Positions 14,000-28,680 of a stretch of 64,000 nucleotides of DNA are shown here, in pieces. The stretch comes from Eledone cirrhosa (Eukaryota): NCBI GenBank assembly GCA_964016885.1, contig OZ024750.1, positions 1,612,001 to 1,676,000 on the forward strand. Reading direction: 5' to 3'. How positions within the stretch are numbered: the first letter of the stretch is position 1; the number at the start of each line of letters is the position of its first letter. The notes below the pieces were generated by a model that saw nothing but the letters and a program-made list of their open reading frames with translations, was not told the origin of the DNA and did no database searches. Position numbers and translations under genes: made by a program.

Positions 14000-15161
14000 G
14001 ATGTGTACGCATGTATGTATATATTTATATGTGTATACATACAATCATACATCCCTACATGCATACATGAACGCATACATACACGTACACGCATACAGAC
14101 ATAAATACATGTATATATATGTATATACATTTATATACATACAGTGCATTTACTTTTATTTAGACATTTCATATAAAGGCAGATTTTGGCTGGAAAAGAG
14201 AATTTTAAAATGAAAAGTAGATTGTTTATGACTTTTCACAAAATTAATTTTGCTTACCAAAAGTAGTTGACACTGGAGATAAAACCAAACCGCCATTTGA
14301 TTTGAATTCAAAAATGTTGGATTTGTCAATTATTTTATGAAAACTATTTACGTGTTTTCATTTTATAAATATCTACAAAATATTAATTTAACTGAACAAT
14401 TAGATTAATTATATCCTCAGATTTCACTCATAGGGTTGGCTTAAAACACTCAGATACAGATACACACACTCATGTATAGGTATAATATCTTTAAGGTTGT
14501 ACGAGCTTATGACAATCAATTTTCTTAAAGTTTGTTTAAAGTTTGTTAAAAATTACCAACATTTTGGAGTTTCTTGCCTACAATATGTCTATTTATTAGC
14601 AAACTATGTCACAACACCAATGATCACCAGAACGTGAACAGAAAATTTAAAATTTTATTAATTCAGTTAGTCATAAAATTAATATTATTCATTCGTCCTT
14701 CATACGCGAAGAGTTAATATTGATAATTTATTATTTATTTATTTGTTTTTATTTGCTATATGCTTTTTTTCTTGTTTAATGTATTTCGCTTGTGTTCAGG
14801 ATTTATTATTTAAATGTTTTGAAAGACTCTACAATATGACTTTTGGATTGGAAGCCTTGTGTAGTTAAACCCTGAATACCTCGTTTAGTGTTTGCAACGA
14901 CTCAAATGCGAATTTAAAAGATACGACCATACAACCAGAAATCTACTCGAGATAAGAAAATATAGAAATTAATAAATAAAATTATCGACCTTTTAAAAAA
15001 ACCTAGAGTATTTGTTTTCAGTCACTATTCTCCTTTTGGTTAAACAAACTCCTGACAAACGTTAAATGGTGATCACGTTACTAATCGTTTTTTGCAATTA
15101 TCTTTTGGAGGTTATCCTAAAAAAATTGTATCATCTCAGGTATTATTTTGTCTCAAATGTT

Positions 15162-15210
<49 letters not shown>

Positions 15211-16071
15211 ACATATATACATACACATACATACACACACATATATATATATATAATACTCTAGAAAGAAGTAGATGTTGTATTTGATGATGCATTATTT
15301 TGCTTTTAGTGTCATGTAATATATATGGTGATACTGTTGAGGAAATATCTGACGGGCTACGAGCTGGCTATAGTATGCTTTTATTATATATATATAATGA
15401 ATTATTATATTTTTAATAATTAATAATAAACAACTTAAATGTTTGATGATAGAATGTAGTACTTGTTCCGACTGAAATATGGTCAACTTACTTGGGGTTT
15501 TGCCTTTCGGCTCGTCCATAGGTTTCACAGACGCTGTGTATGAGTCAGAATTTGAAACTTCAGAGAAGTCGTACAATATTTCAGTCAGTACAAATATATA
15601 CACATATTCATATATATATGCGTATATATATATATATACGCAACCTCCTTTCAATGTGTCAGTAGGGTGTAATATAATCTACTCAACATTCGATACATAC
15701 AATTTACATATATTTGAAATTCATATAAAATTCAGTTATCGATCTTTTCATGTCTCTCTCTTAAATCATATACCGTTACCACGTTAATAGACTATGCAGT
15801 TAACACTATAATGAAACGTAATTTCCACATTACAGTTATACAAACAATTTCAATGTTTGAAAAATGAATAAATATAATCTTGTAGATCACCTCAAACTAT
15901 TCGTAATGTCCTGCACACATTAAAACTGGACGGTGATTTGAAAGAGTTTCAAAATCAACATTTTCTACTGATGATAAATTTCTAATTTCTGAAACGGTGC
16001 TTGATGTAGCTTGCTCTGTACTTCTCCTAGCTTTGACACCTCAATTAACTATATTATTTGATGGGAAAAAC

Positions 16072-17119
<1,048 letters not shown>

Positions 17120-17539
17120 TGTCTGTGTCTGTGTGTGTGTGTGGTTTATTATTCTGAGTGGGTTGCAGAGATTAATGAGGTTATATGATATCAGTTTCTT
17201 CCTAATTAACCTTCTAGATTAACACATTATTATTATTATTATCATTATTAAATTGCTGTCCTTGTGCCTAAACTAGAAACAATTATTATCATCATCATCA
17301 TCATCATTACCTTCGTCATCATTGCTACTTATATCATTACAATTGTTATCATTATCGCTGATTCTGTGTTTTTTGTTGATTTTGTACGTGGTTGGTTATG
17401 TTTTATTATATTCTTACTTAATATACATATTTATGTCTTTTACCTGCTATAAACAGGTTTGTTTTTCGACTCTGTATTATCTGACAATTAAATATCACAG
17501 AAAAATTCACATTTTTATAAATACTCATATTGATCCGAG

Positions 17540-17570
<31 letters not shown>

Positions 17571-17680
17571 CTTTGCCACTTATGCCATTTCAAGAATGTA
17601 TTCAATTTCAATGCTAACATTATGCCAGCTGTCTAATTTCATGTGAGTTCTGAGACAGCCAACAGAAAAGCATTTATTAT

Positions 17681-18887
17681 TCATATCGATGGGCGACCAG
17701 TCTCTTCAGGTAGATCTTTTATAATATGTGGCTTATTTCTAAAAATTCTCCAAAGTTCCTGGACCAGGTCAGAGAGCACCATATCGTTAGAATTTTTGCC
17801 CACGAGTCGTAGAACGAATATTCCATCGTCTCGTAAATATTGATCAGCGAATCGTCTAGCCAGTTTCTTATCGGCTATTGTATGAATATTGTTGGTAATT
17901 TTTAAATATTTCTTTATATATTTGAGACGATTTTGCCGGAATACAACACGGTATATCCAAAAAAGAAAGTTACCACTAGTAGCAGCCGAAATCAACACCA
18001 ACCAAAACCAAATGAATATGAATATTTTCTCATTAAAAAGGTTGATTGGTAAGACACACTGTACAGTATAGCGATGGATATTTTGCAGCTGCCTAATTTG
18101 AAAATCACAAAGGGTTACCCGAGGAAAGCGATGTGATTCTCTCCATTCGTAGTTCTTTGCTAAATTTTCTACAACTTCAAAACCAAACATTGAATAAAAG
18201 TTGTGACCAAGAAAGGCGTTTAGAATAAAAAACTGACTGAAAACATTTACTACATATAGCATCTTAATAAAGAGGTAGAATCCTGTTAAGTATGTCCCTT
18301 CGCGTTTGCCACAAAAGAAACAGCAGAATTTGGCAATTTTCTGTCTGATACGGACAATAACATTCCAGTGATATTCCCGATGTGTTTCGAGCCAACGGTC
18401 CATATAAATAGCAATGTGATGGATCGTTTGATCTCTTGTGACTGGTGATCCTATTTGTGTAGCTGCTGTGAGATCAACGATTTTCTCTAGGCTCACGCCT
18501 GATGCCCCATTAAAAACACGCCAAATTATGCAAGGTATCTTAAACATAAGGGCCATAAAAAGAAGGATAATAGGTACCCACTGGTAGTAGTTTATTTCTT
18601 TTGATTCTCGCCAGTGAATTTCACTAGGTATCACATCACGCATTGGTATATAATAGGTATTGGAAATCCAGCAATAGTACTTAGTATACGCGACAAATGC
18701 AGACGTGAACTCTGCCGGACACCAGCACTGGATCGGGTCACCAACATATTGGCCTGTACTGACAAATATACTGAATAATGCCAATAGAAGGACTGTGTAA
18801 AGGTGGTTGCATCGATCTGCCCAGTCGTCATCATTTGATCCCTTAAGCCGTGAGTAAGTTGCAAAACCTCCAAGTAATGAATTTAAC
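17681..18887 (-). CDS. inx: Innexin (invertebrate gap-junction protein, unc-9/unc-7-like), main coding exon
   Basis: The ORF has the innexin hallmarks: DDDWADR before TM1, GDPIQCWCPAEF...YCW (EL1 cysteines), the YYQWVP signature, FPRVTLCDF...QCVLPINLFNEKIF (EL2 cysteines), four hydrophobic segments and the C-terminal YLRDDGIFVLRLV motif. Stop TGA is at 17683-17681. The 5' boundary is set by the acceptor ttctcttcctttttattgcag|G; the TTG start at 18919 in the ORF track is probably intronic. Confidence 0.97.
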
Positions 18888-18912
18888 CTGCAATAAAAAG
18901 GAAGAGAATAAA
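18888..18912 (-). promoter_or_regulatory. 3' splice acceptor of the innexin main exon (phase 2)
   Basis: A polypyrimidine tract plus CAG (atttattctcttcctttttattgcag) directly precedes G|TTA AAT TCA TTA CTT GGA GGT, where innexin-like sequence starts. Confidence 0.85.
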
Positions 18913-19899
18913 TGTTCAATTATAAACTTTTACGTTCATTATTGTCTTTAGTTTATGTGAATGTTTCTGAGTCTTTAGTGAATGACTGTATTTAGGAATA
19001 TATAACAGTGAGAATGGCCGTTTAATGGATTTGACTGTAAATTGTAAGATATATTTCTTTATTTGCCACAAGGGCGCACAAGAAAAGGGGACAATACAAA
19101 GACATATGGCGGGGATTTTACATACAATCGTGTAAAAAAAAATGTTAACATACAAATTCAACAATCGAAATCCCCAATAGGGGGGGGGGGTGTAAGATAA
19201 TAAGAATAGTATAATAAAAATGAAAATACTAAATAGGCATTTCCTTATGATAGACTTCAGGATAAAATTAGTCTTTGTGTCGTCCAGCGAAGCATCAGAG
19301 AGTGTATTTCCTCTCTAGCAATATGTTACATTGTGACATGTAAAAATGTGTATAACGTTCAGGGAGATTTAAAGACATTCCTCGCCTCTTCTTGACGTGT
19401 AAATATCTTACCTCAATGGATCTCGTGACAGCAATAGTCTGACAAATGTGATGCAAATAAGTAAAACATACATATGTAACAAAAATAACAAAATAACAAT
19501 GAAGAGTATCGTACAATTGCTACTGATTATATAATTCGTTTATCAATATCAATATATATATATATAAAATGTCCGTTTGTATTTATAAATATATATGAAA
19601 TATATGTAGAGGGCTACTCATATAACTTGCTAAGCATGCTTAGACAGTGGTGATGTGATTCTAATAAGATACATATTTATATAATAAACTGTGGACAGGA
19701 TACCCACGGAAATATAAGATAGATATGTAGCCTATATAAAAAAAATATTTTAAAGATATTGTTAAATACAGATGATAAAGATTCCAGAGAGATAACTATT
19801 TCTTCTTAGCCTTTTTACTAATATGCAAACTAGGAAGATAGAAGAATGGTGGAGTTCCTAAAACAAGCAATGCAATATAAAATAAATAATTTATATATG

Positions 19900-20360
19900 A
19901 AGTTTGAAAGATGAATCTCTGATTGGTGTCGGTGCTGGATTTTAGTGAAGAACTTGGAATGTAATATTAAAGTGCATAACAGGGGCTACAGATAATAAAA
20001 CAAAGAATATGTCAGAAAGAAATATGAAACCATTTCCTGATAAGACAGTGATAAATTACCAAGATACACAGGGTTATAGATATTTAGGACAGATGGATTT
20101 AGGTTTGATAAGGAAAACTCGGATGATGAAGTTATTTCAAAACAGAATGAAAGTACTTTAGATGGAAATATTTTAGTTAATTTTGGATGTTGTGGCATTG
20201 GGCCTTGTCTAGTCTGTGTAGAAGGTGAACAGATCAAATGGGCATATTATATTGATTAAGGCAATTTCGTTTTGTAGTACAAGAGAATAGGTGAATGGGT
20301 AGATCTTCCTTTGCAGGTAACCCAACCAGATGATATTCACGATGGATTTGGCTGATAGTT
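19900..20360 (-). mobile_element. Decayed LINE reverse transcriptase remnant
   Basis: KGRSTHSPILLYYKTKLP followed by FYTD*T resembles QGSxLSPILFxxYINDLP...YADDT. Boundaries approximate. Confidence 0.4.
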
Positions 20361-23300
20361 GATTTTGATGATGATAATGATGATTATGAAGATGATGATT
20401 ATGATGATTATGATAATGATATTGACGATGATGATGAGGTGGAGAAGGAAGATGCAGAAAAGAAGAAGAAGGAGGAGGTGAAAGAGGAGGAGTAACATTA
20501 TGAAGAAGAGAATGGGAAATTGCTTTGCAGAAAGTCGTCTATAGGTTTTAGTGAATGGATGCTGAATACTTATAAATAATAGTTGATATTTAAGAAACGT
20601 GCACTACAAGAGGCGTGAACATCGGTGGCGTGTGTTCCTTTACTTACGCTAAAAAGTCAGCCATTTCATATATTTGGCTGCTGCAGAATAACTAGAGATG
20701 ACATACCAGTTGGAAATTGTCTCTGAAAGAAAATGTTCATTCTAAAATACCAGTAGAAGGGAACAGTCCACATGAAAATGCATTTCGGAGGCTACTCATT
20801 TGTATTTCTTAAATGTTCCGATTTAAAAAAGTGGTATAAGTTTGTACCAACACATCCCCATATTTGCGGGTCGTTTCACAGACATTACCTACGGACGATT
20901 GAAATAAAAGTGTTTCTAATTATATCGAGAATAGTTAACTCATTTTATAGAATTATTGTTCATGTTATTCAGATATATCTGTAAATTATATCTTGCCACG
21001 CTGATTGGATTATATATATATATATATATATATATATCATTGTGTGTGTATGTGAATATGTTTGTGTGTGAGTGAAGTATATTATTCAAAGCAAATCAAC
21101 AAACGTGGTGCATGAAATAATATTCATATCATAACCTAGATCGATTTTATCTGGACGAAATTCAGCTAATAGGGTCGAATTAGATTTTTGTTTACAACTA
21201 ATGATTTGCAAATGGTTTATGGTTTATCTATAAAATCGTAATACGAATTATTAGAGCATACACATATAGATAAATGCAAAGAACCATGCATATGTACATG
21301 AATATATGTATATATGAATGTGTGTATATATATGTATCAGTATATGTATGTGTATATACATATATATAGAGAGAGAGCGAGAAATGTATGTGTGTGTGAA
21401 TATGTGTATGATTGTGTCATTAATATAAAGCTGTTGTTATTCCTGATGTCGTGCGTTAAAACAAACTTTGTTTACACAAATATTCGCCACTGCAAGTTCA
21501 TTAACTGTAACGTACTCTGGTTGTGTCACGCATGCTAGCATTTTCCCTTCTAATCTGCTTCGTTATCTACTCCATGTTACGCTATATTATATTGATAAAT
21601 AATCTCATTTAGGCAGCTGTTATAACATTAGTCTATGTTTTCTTAGATTAATGTTCACAACCTTCAACATTTCTCATTAATATAATTCAATGAGGTATAA
21701 CTGAAATTGTCAAAATATCGAGTAATTGAATGTGAAACTAACACCGAAATAATTTCGAGGATTCTCGTTTTATGATTTGAGAAGAACTTGTAAATTTAAT
21801 CAAATATGTCCACAATTGTGTGCATTTTTTTCTGTTGAAGGTCACCTTGTATAATGTTCATAATAGATGTGAGTGTTGTTACGATTAACTGAACTTGGAA
21901 ACATTGATAGTTAATTTTGGGAATCTATTTGTGCATTTAAATATACTTTACGTAACCTGTATGAATTATATAAAATATTGTTGCTTCTTTCCTCCCACTA
22001 ATGTGAATTCATACTAAATATGTGGATTGGGCGTAATGTCCCCAAGTTTAATCAAATATTTATTTTGTTCAATATAATTATGTCATACTATTCTAAGAAA
22101 TTGGCCTATATATATTTATGACTATCAACGTAACATTTTTATAAACACCTTACAAGATGCAACTTCCCAATTCATTCTTCTGTAAAATATTTTGAAATTA
22201 AGAAATTGTCTTTTTAAACTCATTCCATACAAGCTACTTATTACATAGAATTATAAATACATATTAATCAGTTTTGGCCAATATTGTATTTGCCTGATTT
22301 TTAATGGAAGATTAAACTTAAGCTAGTTATTAGAAAGAATATTGACTCTGGCTTCCTCACAATTCTCAATGTAATTTAATAGTATTAGATCTGTGAGAAA
22401 CGATACATATATCACTATTGAGAGGAAAATCGGTTGGATATTAATTTTTAAGACTGGCAGAGTAATTTATGTTAGGAAGTCTTCGCCAATATTCTCTTTT
22501 CTTTCTAAAGTATGAATAGAAGAAATAATGAGAAAAAAAAAAAGTTGGTAAAATCATTAAGCAATAATACATTTTAACTATTATGTTTTAACACATCAAT
22601 ATAGATACAGTTCCCTTGTAAATGTATTCTACCATTCCTACACGAATAAAAATGATTTAGGCAAATCGATTTCACCTTGGTAACACTGAAACTGATGCAA
22701 AGAAAATATAAGTAAATATAGGGACTCATCGTCTACTGCATTTTTCAACATTCGCTGTCAATAAGTCAATAGAGCACGAGTAAGTTATCTTAGTGACAAA
22801 TAAAAATGGGTTATCAAATGCGATGCTTTTATTATTCATTTAGCCTCTTATATTTTGATTAAGATGTTTTAATAAAAACCATATTGTTAAACTTAGTTGA
22901 ATATATTATCAAGGAGAAACTGTTTAACTGGTCTTCGTAAACCAGGAAAAGACATCATGCTTCTTAGCATTTTTCTAACTGTAGTGGAGTAATTAATTAC
23001 AACAACATTACTATTCCGGTATAGCTGTCGCGATCATTAAACTGATATCATTTTGTAAATAGAAAATGGTACATATAAATATAAATAAGCAAATAACTGC
23101 TATAAACAAAGAAAAGAAACTATTCCACATTAAAAACTGGCTGCATAAAATAGGAAATCAATCAGAAACATATATTCTATATACAATACATTTTATGTAT
23201 GACAGGAAACTATAAACAGAAATAAATGATAGTAAATTAGTTTAATGTCGAAGACGTAATCTAGTTATATAGCAAAAAGAAATGTTTTGTCTAATGATTA

Positions 23301-23395
23301 TTCTATTTGTCAGGATATTAGTAATTGATTGATATATTTTCGATAGAAACTTTGTATCCTATTCAATACTGAACAATACCCGACCACACACACAC

Positions 23396-23460
<65 letters not shown>

Positions 23461-23515
23461 GATATACACACACATATATGCATGTATGTATGTATGTATG
23501 TATGTATGTATGTAT

Positions 23516-23932
23516 GGTGCTACTGGTAACATGTATCCCAGTACAACCTGTCTCATGGTCGGGTGGTTGGCGACTAAACTGGCAACCCCACCAAGGTTTC
23601 TTGATGAGGAGGGTGACTTTGGACATCCTGCAGGACTAAAAACAAAACCTGTCAAAGGGCAAAGGAGCTCTTAAGAGTCAATGGCCATCCAAAATCACCG
23701 GGAGAGATGACCCCTTAGCCTTTGTCAAGGCAGAATTCTAGAAGGAAAACTCTGATATAACATCTGCAACCCTGATGGTATCCAATGATGTTGACTTGTT
23801 CTTCTGTTTGGTAAATATCATCTTGGTTAAGAGAGTGGGACTGGCTTTGTGCATTGCCTTTGCGTATCGGTAGGGGTTCTCCTACATGGATATAAAGTAG
23901 TGGCCATACTTGAAAACGAGTTGGCAGCCACC

Positions 23933-23933
<1 letters not shown>
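23516..23933 (+). mobile_element. Interspersed repeat, RTE-LINE 5'-region-like, inserted between microsatellites
   Basis: A GC-richer block with sharp microsatellite boundaries. The motifs ggcgactaaactggcaaccccacc and gcctttgtcaaggca...agaaggaaaactctga resemble RTE-associated 5' regions (from recollection, unverified). Confidence 0.4.
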
Positions 23934-24018
<85 letters not shown>

Positions 24019-24024
24019 TTATAT

Positions 24025-24084
<60 letters not shown>

Positions 24085-24159
24085 TTGTGGTAAGGTTGCT
24101 TGGATGCGTCTATAGGCGGTATGCCGGTTGAGCACTCTATGCTCCTTCAGAGCAGAGTA

Positions 24160-24410
24160 TAATAATATGGAAAACGAAGAATTAGTGATGCATCGGAACA
24201 CAATTTATTACATATTACCATTGTTTCTCTGGCGTACTGCTCGAAGTGCGATCTGTTTGTGGATAGAACCTGAATCTGGATTCGCAATTTCCTCAGACAC
24301 GTCTAGTGACGTTGATGCAAATCCTCGAGCTGCTTGCCGGAGAAAAAGTTGTAATACGTTAATAAATTGTGTTCCGATGTATCACTGATTCTTCGTTTTC
24401 CATATTATAT
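24160..24410. repeat. Fold-back element, arms about 85 bp
   Basis: ataatatggaaaacgaagaattagtgatgcatcggaacacaatttatta... pairs with ...taataaattgtgttccgatgtatcactgattcttcgttttccatattat. Confidence 0.92.
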
Positions 24411-26199
24411 ATATATAGCCAATTGGTGAGTGATAATATATTAATATAGGGGTCCCTTTTTAAGCCCTCTATGTTGAGCCCTCAATGTTTTAAGTGAATT
24501 AGATATTCAGTGTTACAGCGTAAATTAAGTTCGATACCTGTTTTTTTTTTTGTTCGCCTAATATGCATAGTGTTTATATTAGGAATGAGAGACCGAAGTT
24601 AGAGACTTACATATTTCATTCGTAATCACGCGTAACACATGTTTCGCAAAGGATCAGATCGGAGTCTTAATCGGTACCTTCATCGATTACAATATGTTCA
24701 TGTCTGTTTTAAAACAGAGATGAAGATATATATATATATAAATGCTAAATGTAATACTTACATGATTCTTCTTAGTTATTATTTATATTGCTGTTAAAGG
24801 CTGTCCAACAGTGAATTCATTGTCTTTTGACGTCTCTGTGATGAAGTTCACAACCACTGAAAAACAAACCAAAGAAGTTTATTAGCTTTTAAATGTTAAA
24901 TGGAATACATATTCAAGGCAGACATAAACTGTTACTCCTCGTAACAAAATTGTAAATGGAATCTAAGCTTGATTCTCTTTACGTCTTTATACTCTTTTAC
25001 TCTTTTACCTGTTCCAGCCATCCGGCTGAGGCCAAGCTGGGGAACCGCCCTTATCTATATTTATTCACAAGCACATACATATATAGTGAAGCCACATTGT
25101 AACACAATTATCGGGTTCAATATGATGTCATCTCAAACTACGTGAGATGTTCTGATATATTCATAAACAACAACAACAAAACGGTCCAATGTCTTATCAC
25201 GTTAAACCAGGCATGTTACAATGTGTATATATTCACTGAGTATAGTTGTGGCTGTATGTGTGGAAATTTCTGTTCACGTGCTCTTATGCGTACATATGTC
25301 TTTGTATGCGTACGTATGTTTTACACAGATCATTAGAAAAGCATCTAGATTGGCTTTAGATGTTAGTGTGCTGCTCTTGAAACGTAGTATCTCTAAACAT
25401 GCGTTCAAACGATTATCATTATTTCCAAAAATGTTTGCAGATTTGCAATCGTATTTAAGCAGATATGGACTAAGACAAACTACTCTTATATTAGTCAATT
25501 ACTATCCCTATGATATTAATGTTTCGGGTTATCATTACACATATCAATGAAAATATTTCTCATTGTACTGAATATCTATTATAGTTATTAAATATTTTAG
25601 ACCAGATATACACCCCCATGGTGTTCATTCTACTTAGAATTTAATTACGTATTTAACTATTTAAACTTTAGTTGTACGGTATGTTGCACTTCTTAAACTA
25701 AGCGCCTTTAGCAAAACGAAATCATCGACGTTACAACCGTATTTCTGCCCACCACTAAAATTATATTTCTCTTTGTTCATGTTCAATGAATCCGATATTT
25801 ATTATTAGTTTGTGACCAACTAGTAATAATTTCTTGGCAAACACTTGTATCTTGATTAGAATTGGCTTAATTCATTGACTTTTCAAACTCATCATTATTT
25901 TATGTATTGTAAGAAAACCAGACTAAATTCATTATTATATCAAGATCAGTATTTTACGGATATTTGTTCAAATCATAGCGATCTGCATTAAGCTTTTCAT
26001 TGTCAAGGAACCTACAAAATTGTTGCCATTAATATTCTGATATGAAGTGCATTCTCAGTATAGAACTAATGGCTGTTTTTGAATGAAGATATCCTTAATT
26101 CCTATTGTGTATTTCAGAATAGGCAGAAATAAATATGTATTCGTTTTGATTAGTCACGAAGACTAAAAGTCAATAAACAACAGTAATATGATTATGCAA

Positions 26200-26940
26200 C
26201 GTCTAAGCCTACATCAAGATCTTTGATAACGTAGGTGAAGGGAGTTGGCTTCAAATGACCATCAAAAATGTATGAAAATGGTTCGAGGGAATATCTACTT
26301 CTTTATGATACTCACCAGAAATTGTCGAATCTAATGTAAGAACTGGCCAAATTGCCAAGTTCATATAAAAACCTAGTAGATAAGCATCAGGTTTCACTTG
26401 ATGGGGCTTAGTTGGAAAGTTTGTGGTAGTGTACAGTAAGTAGGTGTGTAAAGTTGGACAGATTCTTGAGAAATAATCTGGAACAGTGCCTGAGTTTATT
26501 CATTTTACTCATGAATAGCACGATACTAAGATCGTTTAAACTACTATATAGATCGACATTTTTGGCAATGTTGACATATAATATAATGGTTTGTGGAGAA
26601 GAGAATGCCTTGTGGGATACCAAAAATGGTGTCAGAATGGCTACTTTATTCATTGGCTTGCTGAATGAAATAGTTGCTTTATTTTTTTAATTATATACTA
26701 TATAGAAAGCGTATCTTTCTTCTGGGCATTTACATTTAGTGAGAAAGCAGACGGAGTTAATAGAGGCGGTATTAGAAGTAATAGGGTAATGTTCCAATAG
26801 TATCAAGATGGAAAAATCTGGTGTGTAAGCAGGGCGTAAATATCGATCTAAAGAGTCAGCTGATGTTTGGAAGCAGCCATGATATTCCTGATATTCTTCA
26901 TGCTAATGCCATCATAGCTTCCGTGATGCTATCGTTTATA
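26200..26940 (-). mobile_element. Decayed LINE reverse transcriptase remnant
   Basis: Frameshifted GIPQG...SPQTIILYVN...LYSSLNDLSI resembles RT motifs GVPQGSVLSPxLFxLYIND...YxYADD. Boundaries approximate. Confidence 0.55.
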
Positions 26941-27344
26941 ACATCACGGAAGTATTTTATATTTTATGATATATTGAACAGAAAGTAATTCTTCTAGACA
27001 CTATATATGTGTAAATGTATCTGCATACATATATACATACATACATACATAAGTATATGCATACACATACATACATAGATACATACATATATGCATATAT
27101 AAGTACATACATACACATACATACATACATAGATACATAGATACATACATGCACACACATACATAGATACATAGATATATACATACATACACATACATAC
27201 ACATAGACATACATTTATAAGTAAATGAATATATGCAGACATTCAACATTCAGAAAGACAGTTATCTCTCTATCTATCTGTCTGTCTTCCTATCTATTTA
27301 TCTATCTTTTCGTCTGTCTACCTATCAACGTACCTATATATATA

Positions 27345-27477
<133 letters not shown>

Positions 27478-27783
27478 ATATAGGGGAGTTGTGAGTATGT
27501 ATATGTGTTAGTGTTGAGTATATTATGGAGTCGTCATAAAGTGAAGGTTATAAAGAAAAGTAAATGTAGAAAATAGTATTCTTTCTTCGCGAATGTTGTT
27601 TTGATAAGGAATATTTCTTACTTCAAGAACAGTAAATAGAACCTCATCATTTATCATAGCAAAGATTTCGTGCAGTCTATCACCTGGTTCTCTGACCTGC
27701 TACCAATAGCTGTCAAACACAACTCATATTGCATAAGTCCATCTCAAAATGGGGGAACGTATTAGATGTAATCTAGGGGAAGA

Positions 27784-28145
27784 TGTATGTATGTATGTAT
27801 GTATGTATGTATGTATGTATGTATGTATGTATGTATGTATGTATGTATGTATGTATGTATGTATGTATGTATGTATGCATGTATGTATGTATGTATGCAT
27901 GTATGTATGTATGTATGTATGTATGCATGTATGTATGTATGTATGTATGTATGTATGTATGTATGTATGTATGTATGTATGTATGCATGTATGTATGCAT
28001 GTATGTATGCATGTATGTATGTATGTATGTTTGTATATATGTATGCATGTATGTATGTATGCATGTATGTATGTATATATGTATGTATGTATGTATGCAT
28101 GTATGTATGTATATATGTATGTATGTATATATGTATGTATGTATG
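27784..28145 (+). repeat. (TATG)n microsatellite; resumes at 28452-28511
   Basis: Directly visible. Confidence 0.98.
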
Positions 28146-28454
28146 TTTTCTCTTTCTCTTAATTTCGAGTATATTTTTTTGACCGGCCACCTTCCTGGTG
28201 GCAAGGTTGTAAAAGAAAAGAAATTGTCATCCCTTGAATCGCAAGAATGTTTTGCAAATTTTGAAGGTGCCAGCTATCGCAGCCATTTGTAGACTATGAA
28301 TTAGGGAGCTGCGCTTTTTATCAGCAAATCCAAGTTCGGTCATACTTTGGTCCAAGCGGGTTGGTATATAACCCGTAGCACCAATAATGATGGGTATGAA
28401 GCTAAAGGTGTATCTTGGATACTGGATTTGTTAACTCCTCATCAATGGTCCGTA
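28146..28454 (-). mobile_element. 3' end of a restriction-like-endonuclease non-LTR retrotransposon (R4/Dong-like), inserted in (ACAT)n
   Basis: Manual translation of 28454-28227 gives [74 protein letters not shown]. This matches the RLE C-terminal pattern P-I-I-I-G-A-x-G ... LQ-x-AA-xx-GT-x-KI. A short 3'UTR follows, and (ACAT)n flanks both sides. Confidence 0.78.
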
Positions 28455-28511
28455 TGTATGTATGTATGTATGTATGTATGTATGTATGTATGTATGTATG
28501 TATGTTTGTAT

Positions 28512-28680
28512 GTATGTATGTATGTATGTATACGATTGGATTTCCCACACCCTCCGCCCCATCTATCAAACCGCACTCGAAGGTATTAGTCAACTCGAGG
28601 CTATGGTTGAAGAGAACAATGGTGCCATGCAGCTGTGCTGAATCGGAAAATCCGTGAATGTGACCGAAATTATTGGCCAT
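28512..28680 (+). mobile_element. Possible RTE-clade LINE 3' remnant
   Basis: Manual translation [16 protein letters not shown] resembles the RTE C-terminal WIGHTLR...AL motif. Short and weak. Confidence 0.35.

Noticed and set aside
17643-18873. Short ORFs overlapping the innexin exon (17643+, 17889+, 18631-)
   Set aside because: Antisense or alternate-frame shadows of the real CDS.
18888-18919. N-terminal MNIYSLPFYCR of the 412-aa ORF
   Set aside because: It starts at TTG and consists of the polypyrimidine tract and AG acceptor, so it is intronic.
20365-20510. Acidic D/E-rich coding-like stretch
   Set aside because: Degenerate (GAT)n/(GAG)n microsatellite with stops and no splice context.
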